Source: an uncultured Acidobacteriota bacterium
GTDB taxonomy: Bacteria; Acidobacteriota; Polarisedimenticolia; JACPZX01; DASXTC01
Assembly: GCA_963806495.1 (NCBI GenBank)
Contig: CAWDYA010000001.1
Coordinates: 180,030 to 244,029 of the forward strand
Direction: 5' to 3'
Length of the DNA stretch: 64,000 bases
Position numbers and translations under genes: made by a program. The notes below the pieces were generated by a model, which made no database searches, was not told the origin of the DNA, and saw nothing but the letters and a program-made list of their open reading frames with translations. Shown in pieces: positions 29,040 to 39,409 of the stretch. Within the stretch, counting starts at the first letter, position 1; each line of letters starts with the position of its first letter.

Positions 29040-32003
29040 GTGAGATCGCCGAGGATCCGACGAGCGCTGGCATTCTGCGGGCTGTTCGCCGTGCTGGCCC
29101 TCGCCACCGCGCGTCCCGCCGCTGCCCAGTCCACCACCGCGTCGCTCGCCGGCACGGTGCGCGACGCCGGCGGCCATCCGATTCCGGGCGCCCGCGTCGA
29201 GGCGGTCTCCGAAGCCACGGGGGTAATCCGCACCGGGGTGACCGACGCGCAGGGGCGGTACCGGATCGATTCGCTGCCACCCGGCGTCTGGACGGTGGTG
29301 GCACGGCCGGCCGGGGCCTCGGAGGCCAGGCTGGCCGAGGCGCGCACCCTGCTCCTGCGTCTGCAGCAGACCGCGGTCGCCGACTTCACGGCGGGTGCGG
29401 TGCACACCGAGAGGGTCGAGGTGAACGCCCAGGCCTCCCTGATCGACACCTCGCGCATCGGCGGCGAGCTGCGGATCGACGGAGGCCAGGTCGAGGATCT
29501 CCCCCTCGCGGGCAGACAGTTCACCGACCTCGCGCTCCTCGACTCTTCCGTCTATGCTGCGCCGGCAGGCGACTTCTACGGCGAGCACGGGTCGGTCTTC
29601 GTCGTGAACGGCCAGTCGGGACGCTCCAATTCGTTCCTGCTCGACGGTCTGGACAACAACGATCTGTCGAGCAATACCGCCCCGAACTCGTTCGTCACGG
29701 CGCAGGCGATCCGCGAGTTCACGGTCCTGACCAACCAGTACGCACCCGAGTTCGGTCGCGCCAGCGGCGGCATCCTCAACATCGTCACGGAGCGCGGCAG
29801 CAACGAGACCACGACCGGCGGGTTCCTGCAGGGGGCGATCGGCGCCCTCAACCCCGCGGGAGAGTTCGTCTCCTCGCTGCCCGGCAGCAATGGAGAGGAC
29901 GACACCAGCGACCGGCTCGAGGCCGGCTTCAAGATTGGCGGTCCGCTGCGCAAGGACAAGGCGACCTACTTTCTCGCCTACGAGCACCAGCAATCCGATC
30001 TGGTCACTCCCTACACCGGCGTGGGGCGCAACGGCGTCGCCGGAGGATGGGTCATGGCTCCGGGCCGCGACGACAACGTCTTCCTGAGGACCGATTTCAA
30101 CCTCGGGTCGGGACAGTTCCTGATGGCGCGCCTCTCCGCGGACGATTCCACCACGCACGATGTCAACGTCGGCGGCAACATCACGCCCGAGTCCGGCTTC
30201 CTGCTCAACCAGCGGGATATCTCGGCCGCCGCCACCCTCACCTCGGTGCTCTCCCCGACGGTGGTCAACGAGGCCCGGCTGCTCGTGGCGCGGTCCTCGT
30301 TCGACCAGACGGCCAACTCGGATCGGCCCGGAGTGGAGCGGCCCTCGGGAACCTTCGGGGGGAACAACCTCAACCTGCAGAACAGGGAGGAGGACCGCTT
30401 CCAGCTCGTCGAGAACATCACCTGGCAGAGCGGGCTGCATACGCTGAAAGCCGGCGTCGACCTCCTGCACTCGCGCACGCGGGTTTCCACCCGATTCAAT
30501 CCCAACGGCAACTTCCTGTACGGGACCGACGCGCCGTTCGAGCCGGGCGACTGCGGCAACTATGTCACGGACCCCAACTCCACGCTCGACCCGATGTGCA
30601 TCGGGATCCCTGGCGTGGACGACGACGGCGACGGCGTCATCGACGAGGTGGGTCAGATCGACACCTTCCCCACCGTGTTCCAGCTCATCGAGGGGTATCC
30701 GCACGCCTCGATCGACGACACCCGCGCCTCGGTCTTCGTGCAGGACACCTGGCAATCCACCCCGGGCTTCCAGCTCAACTACGGCCTGCGGTACGACGTC
30801 AGCACCTTCACGCTGCCGGCCGACACCAGCGTCCCCTCGTTCATCCCGAACGGTGGCGCCGGGCGCGACACCAACAACATCGCCCCGCGGTTCGGCTTCA
30901 CCTGGGATCCGCGGCGTGACGGCCGGTACGTGGTGCGCGGCGGCGCGGGTCTGTTCTACGACAAGATCGCACTCGGGTTTCCCGCCGTGGCGGCGATCAC
31001 CTCGGGAACACAGATCGGGCTGATCTTCCCGCAGGGACAGGGCCTCGAGATCACCGAGGACGTGGTCGAGCAGTACGGCATCGACGCCATCAAGGTGGGT
31101 CTCGTGTTCCCCCCGGAGCTGACCCTGCGCTTCTCCACCGGCACGCGTCTCGACACTCCGTTCACCGAGCAGTACAGCCTCGGGATGGAGCACGCCGCCG
31201 GCAAGCACGGCGTCTGGAGCGCCACCGCCACGCGGGCGCTCGGGCACAATCTGGTGCTGCTGCGCGACCTCAATCCGGTCGTGGCCACCGACTCGTCCGG
31301 CGTTCCGATCCACCGCGACGACACGGTCGGCTCGATCGCTGCGATCGTGACCGAGGGGCGGAGCTGGTACAGCGGCCTGGCCCTGGATTGGAAGTGGCGC
31401 TCCGGCGATGTGTGGTACTCGGCCTCCTACACCTGGTCGAAAGCGATCGACATGGGGCCCGACCCGCTCAAGGGCGGCATCTCGCTGCCCGACAACTCGG
31501 ACGATCTGAGCGAAGAGCGGGGCCGCTCCGACTCGGACCGACGGCATCGGTTCGTCTTCTCGGGGTCGGCACCGCTGCCCGGCCTGGGGCTGCGTGCCTC
31601 GGGCGTGATCCACCTCGCCTCAGGGATCCCATTCAACGTCACCACCGGAAGCGACGAGAACCTCGACGGGATCACCACGGACCGGCCGAAAGGTGTGGGG
31701 CGCAACACCGGCGCCGCGACCAGCCTCAGGCCGGTGAACGAGCTGCGGCAGGCCGCCGGGCTCAAGCCGGTGCACTCCCTGAGCGAGCCGACCTATTTCC
31801 AGGTCGACGTGCGGCTCTCGCGGCCGTTCGCCTTCCACGGCGAGAAGGGAGGCGGCGAGATCTTCCTGCAGGTGTTCAACATCCTCGATCGGTTCAACGC
31901 TGGGCTGATCGAGGGCGTCGCCACGTCGAGCCGGTTCGGCGAGCCGGTGAGCCAGGCGGGCCCGCCCCGCACGCTGGAGCTGGGGCTCAAGCTGGCGTTC
32001 TGA
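29040..32003 (+). CDS. TonB-dependent receptor (Oar-like, with carboxypeptidase-regulatory-like N-domain)
   Basis: LAGTVRDAGGHPIPGARV, LPLAGRQFTDL, YAPEFGRASGG, NNIAPRFGFTWD, C-terminal PRTLELGLKLAF. Confidence 0.93.
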   Translation: MRSPRIRRALAFCGLFAVLALATARPAAAQSTTASLAGTVRDAGGHPIPGARVEAVSEATGVIRTGVTDAQGRYRIDSLPPGVWTVVARPAGASEARLAEARTLLLRLQQTAVADFTAGAVHTERVEVNAQASLIDTSRIGGELRIDGGQVEDLPLAGRQFTDLALLDSSVYAAPAGDFYGEHGSVFVVNGQSGRSNSFLLDGLDNNDLSSNTAPNSFVTAQAIREFTVLTNQYAPEFGRASGGILNIVTERGSNETTTGGFLQGAIGALNPAGEFVSSLPGSNGEDDTSDRLEAGFKIGGPLRKDKATYFLAYEHQQSDLVTPYTGVGRNGVAGGWVMAPGRDDNVFLRTDFNLGSGQFLMARLSADDSTTHDVNVGGNITPESGFLLNQRDISAAATLTSVLSPTVVNEARLLVARSSFDQTANSDRPGVERPSGTFGGNNLNLQNREEDRFQLVENITWQSGLHTLKAGVDLLHSRTRVSTRFNPNGNFLYGTDAPFEPGDCGNYVTDPNSTLDPMCIGIPGVDDDGDGVIDEVGQIDTFPTVFQLIEGYPHASIDDTRASVFVQDTWQSTPGFQLNYGLRYDVSTFTLPADTSVPSFIPNGGAGRDTNNIAPRFGFTWDPRRDGRYVVRGGAGLFYDKIALGFPAVAAITSGTQIGLIFPQGQGLEITEDVVEQYGIDAIKVGLVFPPELTLRFSTGTRLDTPFTEQYSLGMEHAAGKHGVWSATATRALGHNLVLLRDLNPVVATDSSGVPIHRDDTVGSIAAIVTEGRSWYSGLALDWKWRSGDVWYSASYTWSKAIDMGPDPLKGGISLPDNSDDLSEERGRSDSDRRHRFVFSGSAPLPGLGLRASGVIHLASGIPFNVTTGSDENLDGITTDRPKGVGRNTGAATSLRPVNELRQAAGLKPVHSLSEPTYFQVDVRLSRPFAFHGEKGGGEIFLQVFNILDRFNAGLIEGVATSSRFGEPVSQAGPPRTLELGLKLAF

Positions 32004-32008
32004 CCCTC

Positions 32009-33488
32009 ATGCCGACCGGCTGGCTCACCCGCCTGCACGAGTGGTGGGTGAGGCTGCGGCTGCGAGCGGGCGGGCCGATGCGCCTGCCTCCGATCGAGCG
32101 CGCCCGCTGGCTGCTGCGACTCGGGCGGATCCTGCGCGAATCCGAACGCTACCCGGAGGCCGAGGCCGCCTGCCAGGAGGCCCTGGGCATCCTGGATGGC
32201 CTGGCTGCGCCCCGACCACAGCATGATCGCGGCGGCGCTCGTCGAGCACTGGCGGCTTTACGCCGCATCGGAGGATGCGCGGCGACTCGTCCCGGTCCTG
32301 GAACGCCTGGTCGCGATCCAGGAAGAGGTGTGGGGTCCGGGTCACCGGACGACACGGGATGCCCTCTTGCACCTCAGCCATAGCTACTACCGGCTCGCAG
32401 ACTACGAGAGAGCCGAGCCCTGCTATCGGCGCTTGATTGAGAGGCTCGATCAGGCGGACGAGATGAACTTCGAGACGCTGGCGGAGGCGTGCCGTTGGCT
32501 TGCAGAAATCCTCATCATTCGCGAGCGCTATGAGGAGGCCAGATCGTTCCTTCGGCGGAGCCTGAGGGCTCATGAGACGGCGGAAGGGCCGTTCTGCCGA
32601 TGGGGTGCGAAGCTCGCTCCACAGCCTTGCCTCGCTCTGCGCGTTCAAGCTGGAAGACCTCCCGGACGCCGAGAGGTTCCTGAGACGTCTCCGCGCTCTG
32701 GAGAGACACCGGTTCGGCCGCGTGCATCCCGAGCGGGTCGGCACGCTCCAGTTCCTCGGATGGGCGCGACTCAAGTTGGGTCGATACGATCTCGGGGAGG
32801 ATTCGCTGCTGAAAGCACTCGGAATCCTCCGACAGTCCTCTGAGCCCAATGTCGACTCCATAGCCGGGACTCTCAGCCTGCTCAGCGGATTTCTACGAGA
32901 CTCGCCACGACCTCGAAAACGCGGAGTCACGCTGCAGCGAGGCCATCGAATTGCTCCGCGTGCCGGGTGCCCCCCCGGACTCCGGCCTGACGTACGAACA
33001 GCTGAGGCTGACACGCCTGCATCGGAAACAAGCGAGGCCAGATTGAAGTGCTCCAATCCCTTGAACCGCTACTTGAGCTGAGCCGTCAAGGGCTCCTCGA
33101 CGAGGATCGCGATGACATGATCGAAGAGCTCGACGCCTGCGCCGCGATGCTGGACGAGATGGGCCGCCCGGCGGAAGCGGAGAATATCCGCCGCGAGATG
33201 GAGAAGCTGAGGGCTGACCCGGCGGACGACCTGAGCGACGCGGCCGGACCGCCGGGCGTCACTCCTCGGCCGGTGACGGAAGCGGTGGCTCCTCTTCCCG
33301 TGCGATCCACTCCTCCTCGCGCGGCGCCGAATCGGCGGACAGCCGGTCCTCGAGGTTCGAGGCGCCGTTGTAAAGACGCTTGCCGAGCCAGAGGTCGGTT
33401 CGCGATTCCAGGGTTCGCCGGATCACCTCGATGCGCCGGTCCGCGGGAGGATGCGTGGCCAGATAGCGGGAGAGCGCATCGGGGATGA
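32009..33488 (+). CDS. Tetratricopeptide-repeat protein (kinesin-light-chain-like repeats) split by four +1 frameshifts; sequencing error or pseudogene; 3' end uncertain
   Basis: TPR segments in successive frames: RYPEAEAACQEALGI / WGPGHRTT...YERAEPCYRR / FGRVHPERVGTL...GRYDLGEDSLLKAL / EMGRPAEAE. Shifts near 32196, 32595, 32888 and 33044. Confidence 0.6.
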
Positions 33489-34231
33489 TGGCACCCGCCT
33501 CCACGACGGGGTTGCGCGTGGGACGGCGCACCTCCGCCTGTTCGCGGGGCAGCAGCTTCCCGAACAGGGCCTCGGCCGCCCAGGGATCGTATCCGGCGAT
33601 CGCGGCCAGGCGCGCTCCGGCGGCATCGGCCGCGAGCTCCTGCTCCTCGGAGTAGCCTCGCAGCATCAGCTCGTAACCGAGGCTCGCCAGGACGTCGAGC
33701 CCGGGGGCGACCCTGCCCGCCGCCTGCTCCACCTGAAGCCTCTCCACGCAATGACCGAGATCGACGTGACTGATCTCGTGTCCGATGACCGCCACGAGCT
33801 CCGCCTCCGTGTCGACGAAATCGAACATGCCCGTCGTGAGGTACATGTGCCCACCAGCCACCGCGAAGGCGTTGACGTCCTTGTTTTCGACGACCGCGGC
33901 GCTGTATCTGATTCCCTTCCGGCTCACGCCGCGGCTGGCCCGTCGCACCAGATCGCCCATATAGACCGCGAGCGCCGGGTCCGCGACGACACTCATGTGA
34001 CCGCGGACCTCCATGTCAATCGCGTCCCCGAGCTTGATCTCGTCGGCCTCGGAGATCCGCGTCAGGTCGATTGCGGGTCTGATCGCATCGTGGACCGCGT
34101 CGCCCCCTACGGTCACCAGCGCATCGACGTTCCGCTGCCCCTCTCCCGGCGCCATCGAAGCGATCCAGGCGCCGGCGACAACGGCCGTCCCGATCAGCAG
34201 CACCAGGGCGAAACGCAGGAGGGGACCTCAC
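33259..34231 (-). CDS. M48 family zinc metallopeptidase (BepA/YfgC-like catalytic domain)
   Basis: VNAFAVAGG, ELVAVIGHEISH, YSEEQELAAD, YLATHP. The likely GTGA-coupled start at 34231 needs one C removed from a CCCC run; otherwise the start is 34203. Confidence 0.88.
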
Positions 34232-37136
34232 GATGCTTTCCTGAACCAGTCGCGAAACCGTGTGTAGCCGAACGATACGATCAGGAGGACGACGCCGAGC
34301 ACCGTAAAGGAGATGATCCTGCCGATGGTGTCGAAGGTGGTGAAGGCCCGGACCAGCGTCAGCACGAGCGCGACTCCCAGAAGCGCGAGTCCCGAGATCC
34401 GCAAGGAGAACGTCCTGAGCGCGAATCCAGCGGCCGAAACGACGAGACCCTCGACCGCCCAGGTGACGATCAGCATCGAGCCCGACTGCGTGCGGAAGAG
34501 ATAGATGGCCGTCATCACCACGCCGGCGACCCACATGATGTCGACGCCATACTCCGCGATCCGTCGCTCCAGCTCGACCGATCGCCGGTCCTCCTTCCCT
34601 GCGTCCTGACGGGAGCGCAGGAAGAACCCCGCGGCCACGTAGGCCGCGACGCAGATCAATACCACGGCGACCGGCCCGCTGACGCCGAGCACAGGGCTGG
34701 CGAGACGGAAGTCGATGCCGCAGGCACGCACGAAGACCGCCGCCGCCAGGGCGTAGGCCTGAAGCCGCAGATCGGCGTCACGCAGCACGTGCCCCAGGTA
34801 GAGGAGAACCAGCATCGCCAGCGACCACCGCATCGCCGCGCCGTCGAGACCGAACTGGAACCGGAAGTACAGTCCGGCAAACCCGCCGGCGACATACCGA
34901 GAGCAGTCGGCCGAAACCCTCGTCCGCTGCGTCCCCGGCCGCCGCCGCGTCCGTGGGCAGCTCCCGCAGCCTCCACCAGAGATAGTAGTTCGCGGTTATG
35001 GCAGGCACGAGGGTGGCCGTGCGCACGGTGAGGCCGAACACTTCCGCCGTCTCCATGACGTTGGACGCCAGCAAGGAAAAATCGGCGCCGATCAGCATGG
35101 CGAATCCCGGGCGGCGCAGCTGCGGCTCCCTCAGGCTCAGCCCCGCCTCGACCAGCAGCAGTGCAAGGACCATCCACAAAGGGCCGACCAGCGTGGGGCG
35201 GGCATCCAGCCAGACGGCCGCCGCGGCCAGTGCCACACCGATCCACGGCAGGGCCGGCCGCAGCTTCGCGTCCTCCGGAAGGACCTGAGCGCCGTCGCGC
35301 ATCCTGAGGAACACGGCGACGCACGCGAGGGCAACGAGCCCGAGCGCGGTCGACCGCGCGTGCCACGGGCCGGTAATCGCCGTGGACGGCGCGCTGAGGA
35401 AGACCGCCGCCAGCGTCGCGAGCAGCGCGGCTCCCCAGCACTGCGCACGCACCTCGACCAGCCGGGCGCGCGCGGACACCTCGAAGAGGAGGACGAAGAG
35501 GAACGCCAGCGCGGGCGCCACCCATACCACGGGAAGCTGCACCCAGATGGAGACCACGATGATCGCGAAGGCGCCGTGATGGAACGCGCGGCGGACATTC
35601 TCCTCCTCGAGGCCCTTCAGACACGCGTAGGTGAAGTAGAAACAGGCACACGCCGCCGCCGACAGCGACAGTCGCTGCAGATTCAGGATGCCGTCGTCCT
35701 GCGTCACGCGAAACCCGATCTGATCCACCAGCACCGAGAGCATCGGCAGGAGAAACAGCACCGATCCGAGCCGACGATGGAACAGGTCCTTCAGTGCCAG
35801 CCCGATCAGCACCACGGCCTGTGCCTCGATCAGCCAGACCCAGATGGCCGACTCGAAGCGAAGACCCAGCCCGGCCGCCAGGGCGAGCAGGACCGCGGCG
35901 GCCAGAGAGTGAATCGGATGCGTGACCCTGCGGCCGAGACGCCGCAGAACGCCGGAGGTCACGACGTAGATCGAGCCGAGGATCACCGGTGGCAGCCATG
36001 CCGTGTCCGGCGAAGTGCGCTGCCACGCCACGTAGGCCAGAGCGCTCGCGAGAAAAGCATTGGTCACGCTGAGGGCACGGCTGTTGTTCCCGGCGGTCGC
36101 GCCGCCGGGTCTGTGTACGAAGTCGGCGGCCAGGAAGACGGCCCACTGGATAGCCAGCGCGGTCATGCCCAGCTTCAGCGTCACCATCGTGAGCGGCTTC
36201 TGTTCCGTGTACCAGAGGAACAGGCTTCCATAGGTGGCGACCATGCCCCCCAGGGCAATCCCGTACCACTGCCGGCGGATCAGATGGAGGATCGTGCCAA
36301 GACCCAGCAGCGTCGCCGCAGCCAGCGTGTAGGGGCTGATGCTGTGCAGCACGATCGCGGCGTAGGCCAGACCGTAGGCAAGAGTCGTGAGCCCCTGGTT
36401 CGCGTACCGAAGCGAGTGGAGGATCATCCCGACGCCGACAAGAATCAGCAGGAAGAATCCCACGGTCCCGCTCTGGACGATCCGCGTGGCCTCGAGCCCG
36501 TGGACTGCGTACGCGGTCGCATAGAGGGCCGCCCATCCTCCACCGATCAGCCCGCGGGCGTAATGGGCGTACCCCTCGCGTGTCTCGAGAATCACCCCGC
36601 CGGTGATCATGCCGAGCGAGATGATCGACGCCACCATCGATTTGCCCATCGGTCCGAGCTGCGTGAGGGTGTAACCGAGCGCGAAGGTGATCCCCAGGAC
36701 CAGCATCGCCACCCCAATCCGGCTCAGCCAGGAACCACCGAACCTGGCTTCCCATGTCTCGATGGCGCCTTCGTCGGTCGTCACCGGCGGCGCCGTCTCC
36801 AGGAGCCGGCATGGCGGGTGCCGCCGGCTCGGGCAATCTCTCCGGCTCCGCGGTCTCCAGCGGAGGCACGGTGGGGGCGGGCTCGACGCGGGTCGGCGGG
36901 GGCGCGGCCGGCCGTGGCTTCGGTGGGGGTGGGGCGGGGGGTGGTGGAACCGGTTTCACCTCGGCCCGGGCGGACTGCTCCTGGGTCCGGGTGAGAATCC
37001 TCTCATCGAGGTCCAGTCTGTACGTCAGGTCGTTGAGCTCGCGCTTGAGCGCGCGCGTACGCAGCACCGCGTATAGCGAAAGGACCAGGGGGGAGATCAG
37101 GACCACGACGACGAGCAGGACGAGCAATCCTTCCAC
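34228..37136 (-). CDS. DUF2339-type large polytopic membrane protein; two +1 frameshifts (near 36802 and 34897)
   Basis: TM + coiled coil + Pro-rich linker, then WEARFGGSWLSRIG, GGGWAALY, and C-terminal RIISFTVLGVVLLIVSFGY across three frames. Confidence 0.8.
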
Positions 37137-37194
37137 GCCGACCCCTTGTCACGGGAGAACAGGCGTTGTCCCGCGTCCCTTCGACGAGATCTCC

Positions 37195-37223
37195 TTGGTA
37201 CACGATCGTGCAGGAAAGGTCAA
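37195..37223 (-). promoter_or_regulatory. Sigma70-type promoter for the DUF2339-M48 genes
   Basis: TTGACC-N17-TACCAA, with palindrome CACGATCGTG (37201-37210) in the spacer. Confidence 0.5.
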
Positions 37224-37259
37224 TACCCCCGGTCGGCGGGAGAAGAGCGGGGTCCGATG

Positions 37260-37742
37260 CTATTCCGGGGGAGGCGGCGGTGGAGGCTGCGGAGGAAGCC
37301 CGGAATCAGGCCCGGGCCGGCGGCGCGGCCCGTGGGGCTCGCCGCCGAGGAGGAACCGGTCGACGCGCCGGCCGCCCTGCCGGTGGCGCAGCTCCGTCAG
37401 ACGGTTGCGCTGCTCGGGGGTGAGCACCTCGTCGATGCGCCGCTTCGTCTCGTCCATCAGGCTCTCCAGCCGCGGGCGCACGTCATGCCGGATCTCCTCG
37501 CTCTTCTTCCGGCTGTCGTCCAGGATGTCGGAGATCCGCAGCACCTGGTCGGGGGTGAGCTCGAGCCAATCCTCGAGCCGCTCCAGCGAGAAGAAGCCGG
37601 GCGGGCCTCCTCCCATCGGCCGGCCGCGTTGGGGGCCGTCGACACGGGGCCGCTCGGCGATCAGGTGCGTGGCCAGAGCGCCCACAGCGATCCCCGAGAG
37701 GAACAGGGCCAGCACCGCGACGACTGCGACCCAGCGGTTCAT
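37260..37742 (-). CDS. Membrane-anchored periplasmic LTxxQ (Spy/CpxP/ZraP/CnrX-like) protein, putative sensor
   Basis: N-terminal TM, LELTPDQ and VLTPEQ motifs, ATGA-coupled to the anti-sigma gene. Confidence 0.7.
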   Translation of the reverse strand: MNRWVAVVAVLALFLSGIAVGALATHLIAERPRVDGPQRGRPMGGGPPGFFSLERLEDWLELTPDQVLRISDILDDSRKKSEEIRHDVRPRLESLMDETKRRIDEVLTPEQRNRLTELRHRQGGRRVDRFLLGGEPHGPRRRPGPDSGLPPQPPPPPPPE

Positions 37743-38047
37743 CGCACGCCTCCCGGGTCCTCGAGCAGCCATGTCAGCACGTCGTCGGTGGTCCCGTTGT
37801 CGGCCGAGGCGACCTGCGTGGTCGCGGCCGGGCGCAGCGAGAACCAGGCCAGCACCAGCACGAGGGCCAGTGTCGCCGGCAGCAGTCGCAGGGCCGCCCA
37901 GCCGAGCAGATCCGCCGTACGCGGCTCCAGACGCGCCACCACGCGCCCGGCGAACGCGGCATCCGGCTCGACTCCGGCATGATGGTCGCGGAAGTAGCCG
38001 CGAGCCGTCTCGAGCCGCCGCTCAATCTCTCTGTCGCGATCGTTCAT
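37739..38047 (-). CDS. Small single-TM putative anti-sigma factor
   Basis: ATGA-coupled to the ECF gene; PDAAFAGRVVARL followed by one TM. Confidence 0.65.
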   Translation of the reverse strand: MNDRDREIERRLETARGYFRDHHAGVEPDAAFAGRVVARLEPRTADLLGWAALRLLPATLALVLVLAWFSLRPAATTQVASADNGTTDDVLTWLLEDPGGVR

Positions 38048-38604
38048 GGCTTCTCCAGCAGCGCGCGCAGCCTGCGTCGCGCCCGATGCGCCCGCACCTT
38101 CACGTTGACACGGCTCCAGCCCAGCCTCTCGGCGATCTCCGCCGTCGTCCATCCCTCGCCGTCGAGAAGCAGCAGGATGAACCGGTCACGCGGATCGAGC
38201 GGCCGCAGGAGCTTCTGCACCTCCAGCGCCGCATCCGGATCACGGCTCGGGCCGGCCGGGTTGCGGTCCCCGATCGATTCCTCGGGAGGCCGGCTGCGAC
38301 GCAGCCTCGCATAGCAGCAGTTCAGGCACAGCCGCGTGAGCCAGTGCTCGAACGGCGCCCGCGCCTCGTAGGTGGCCAGCTTGCGCCAGGCGATCAGGAA
38401 CGTCTCCTGGGCCACCTCCTCGACGTCCTCGCGGCGGCGGAAGAACCGCCCCGCGAGCCGGAAGATCCGGTGCTGGTGCAGTCGCACCAGATCGCCGAAC
38501 GCGTCGCCGTCGCCCGAGCGGCTCGCGGCGATCAGTCTCGCCTCGACCTCAGCGGCGGCCGGCGCGATCCCTGCGTCCACGGCCCTGGTCCAGATCAGCT
38601 CCAT
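38044..38604 (-). CDS. ECF RNA polymerase sigma factor
   Basis: VEEVAQETFLIAW...FEHWLTRLCLNCCY...TAEIAERLGWSRVNVKVRAHRAR. Confidence 0.93.
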   Translation of the reverse strand: MELIWTRAVDAGIAPAAAEVEARLIAASRSGDGDAFGDLVRLHQHRIFRLAGRFFRRREDVEEVAQETFLIAWRKLATYEARAPFEHWLTRLCLNCCYARLRRSRPPEESIGDRNPAGPSRDPDAALEVQKLLRPLDPRDRFILLLLDGEGWTTAEIAERLGWSRVNVKVRAHRARRRLRALLEKP

Positions 38605-38641
38605 CCGGAAGCGTCTCCACGGGGTGATTGTGTCATACAGT

Positions 38642-38671
38642 GAGATGCGGGGCACCCGCCCGCCGGTTACA
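38642..38671 (-). promoter_or_regulatory. ECF promoter driving the sigma operon
   Basis: TGTAACCGG-N14-GCATCTC on the minus strand; an identical motif faces the Spy gene. Confidence 0.8.
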
Positions 38672-38729
38672 CGGGCGGGCTCCCGTCCGCACCCGCTGGA
38701 ATCCCCCTGCCCCGCGGCCGCTATCCGGA

Positions 38730-38759
38730 TGTAACCGGAAGGTGCCGCGCCGGCATCTC
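38730..38759 (+). promoter_or_regulatory. ECF promoter driving the Spy/CpxP gene
   Basis: TGTAACCGG-N14-GCATCTC on the plus strand. Confidence 0.8.
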
Positions 38760-38821
38760 CTTCTTTGAACGACATACCCCCCCCGGGCCGCCCCGCGGCC
38801 CATGATGACAGGAGGAACGAC

Positions 38822-39331
38822 ATGAAAGTGAAGACAGCCCTTCCCATGGCGCTTGCGCTGGCCGTGATGCTCGCGCCGGCGGCTCTGGCGCAGCCGTCCG
38901 GCCGGTCGATGGGCCCCGGCCCGGGTCACGGGCCCGGGAGAGGACCGAACCTCGAGAGGATGACGAGGCATCTCGACCTGACGGATCAGCAGCGCGATCA
39001 GATCCGGCAGATCCTGGACAATCGCCGCGACGGCGCGGCACAGCTCGACACCGAGCTGCGCGACGCGCGCGACCGGCTGCACGCCGCGATCCACGCCGAC
39101 GTGTTCGACGAGACGGGTATCCGTGACGCCTCCGCCGCCGTCGCCCTTCTCGAGGCGGATCGGGCCGTCGACATGGCCCGGACGCTGCAGGAGGTCCGCC
39201 AGGTGCTGACCCCGGAACAGCGGGAGAAGATGGGCGAGATGCAGCAGAGACGCCGTGAGCACAGGCAGGACCGGATGCACGACCGTATGATGGGAGGCCC
39301 GCCGGCCGGCCCGCCCGGCGGCAACCGCTGA
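38822..39331 (+). CDS. Spy/CpxP family periplasmic chaperone
   Basis: AGGAGG RBS, signal peptide ending ALA-Q, LDLTDQQ and VLTPEQR. Confidence 0.88.
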   Translation: MKVKTALPMALALAVMLAPAALAQPSGRSMGPGPGHGPGRGPNLERMTRHLDLTDQQRDQIRQILDNRRDGAAQLDTELRDARDRLHAAIHADVFDETGIRDASAAVALLEADRAVDMARTLQEVRQVLTPEQREKMGEMQQRRREHRQDRMHDRMMGGPPAGPPGGNR

Positions 39332-39345
39332 TAGCGACGATCACC

Positions 39346-39375
39346 CCCGGGGCCTGACGGCCCCGGGCCCCTTCC
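39346..39375 (+). terminator. Hairpin after the Spy gene
   Basis: CCCGGGGCC-TGAC-GGCCCCGGG 9 bp stem; only a weak U tract. Confidence 0.45.
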
Positions 39376-39409
39376 TCAGGGCCTCGTCCGGGCATGATAG
39401 ATTTCCGGG

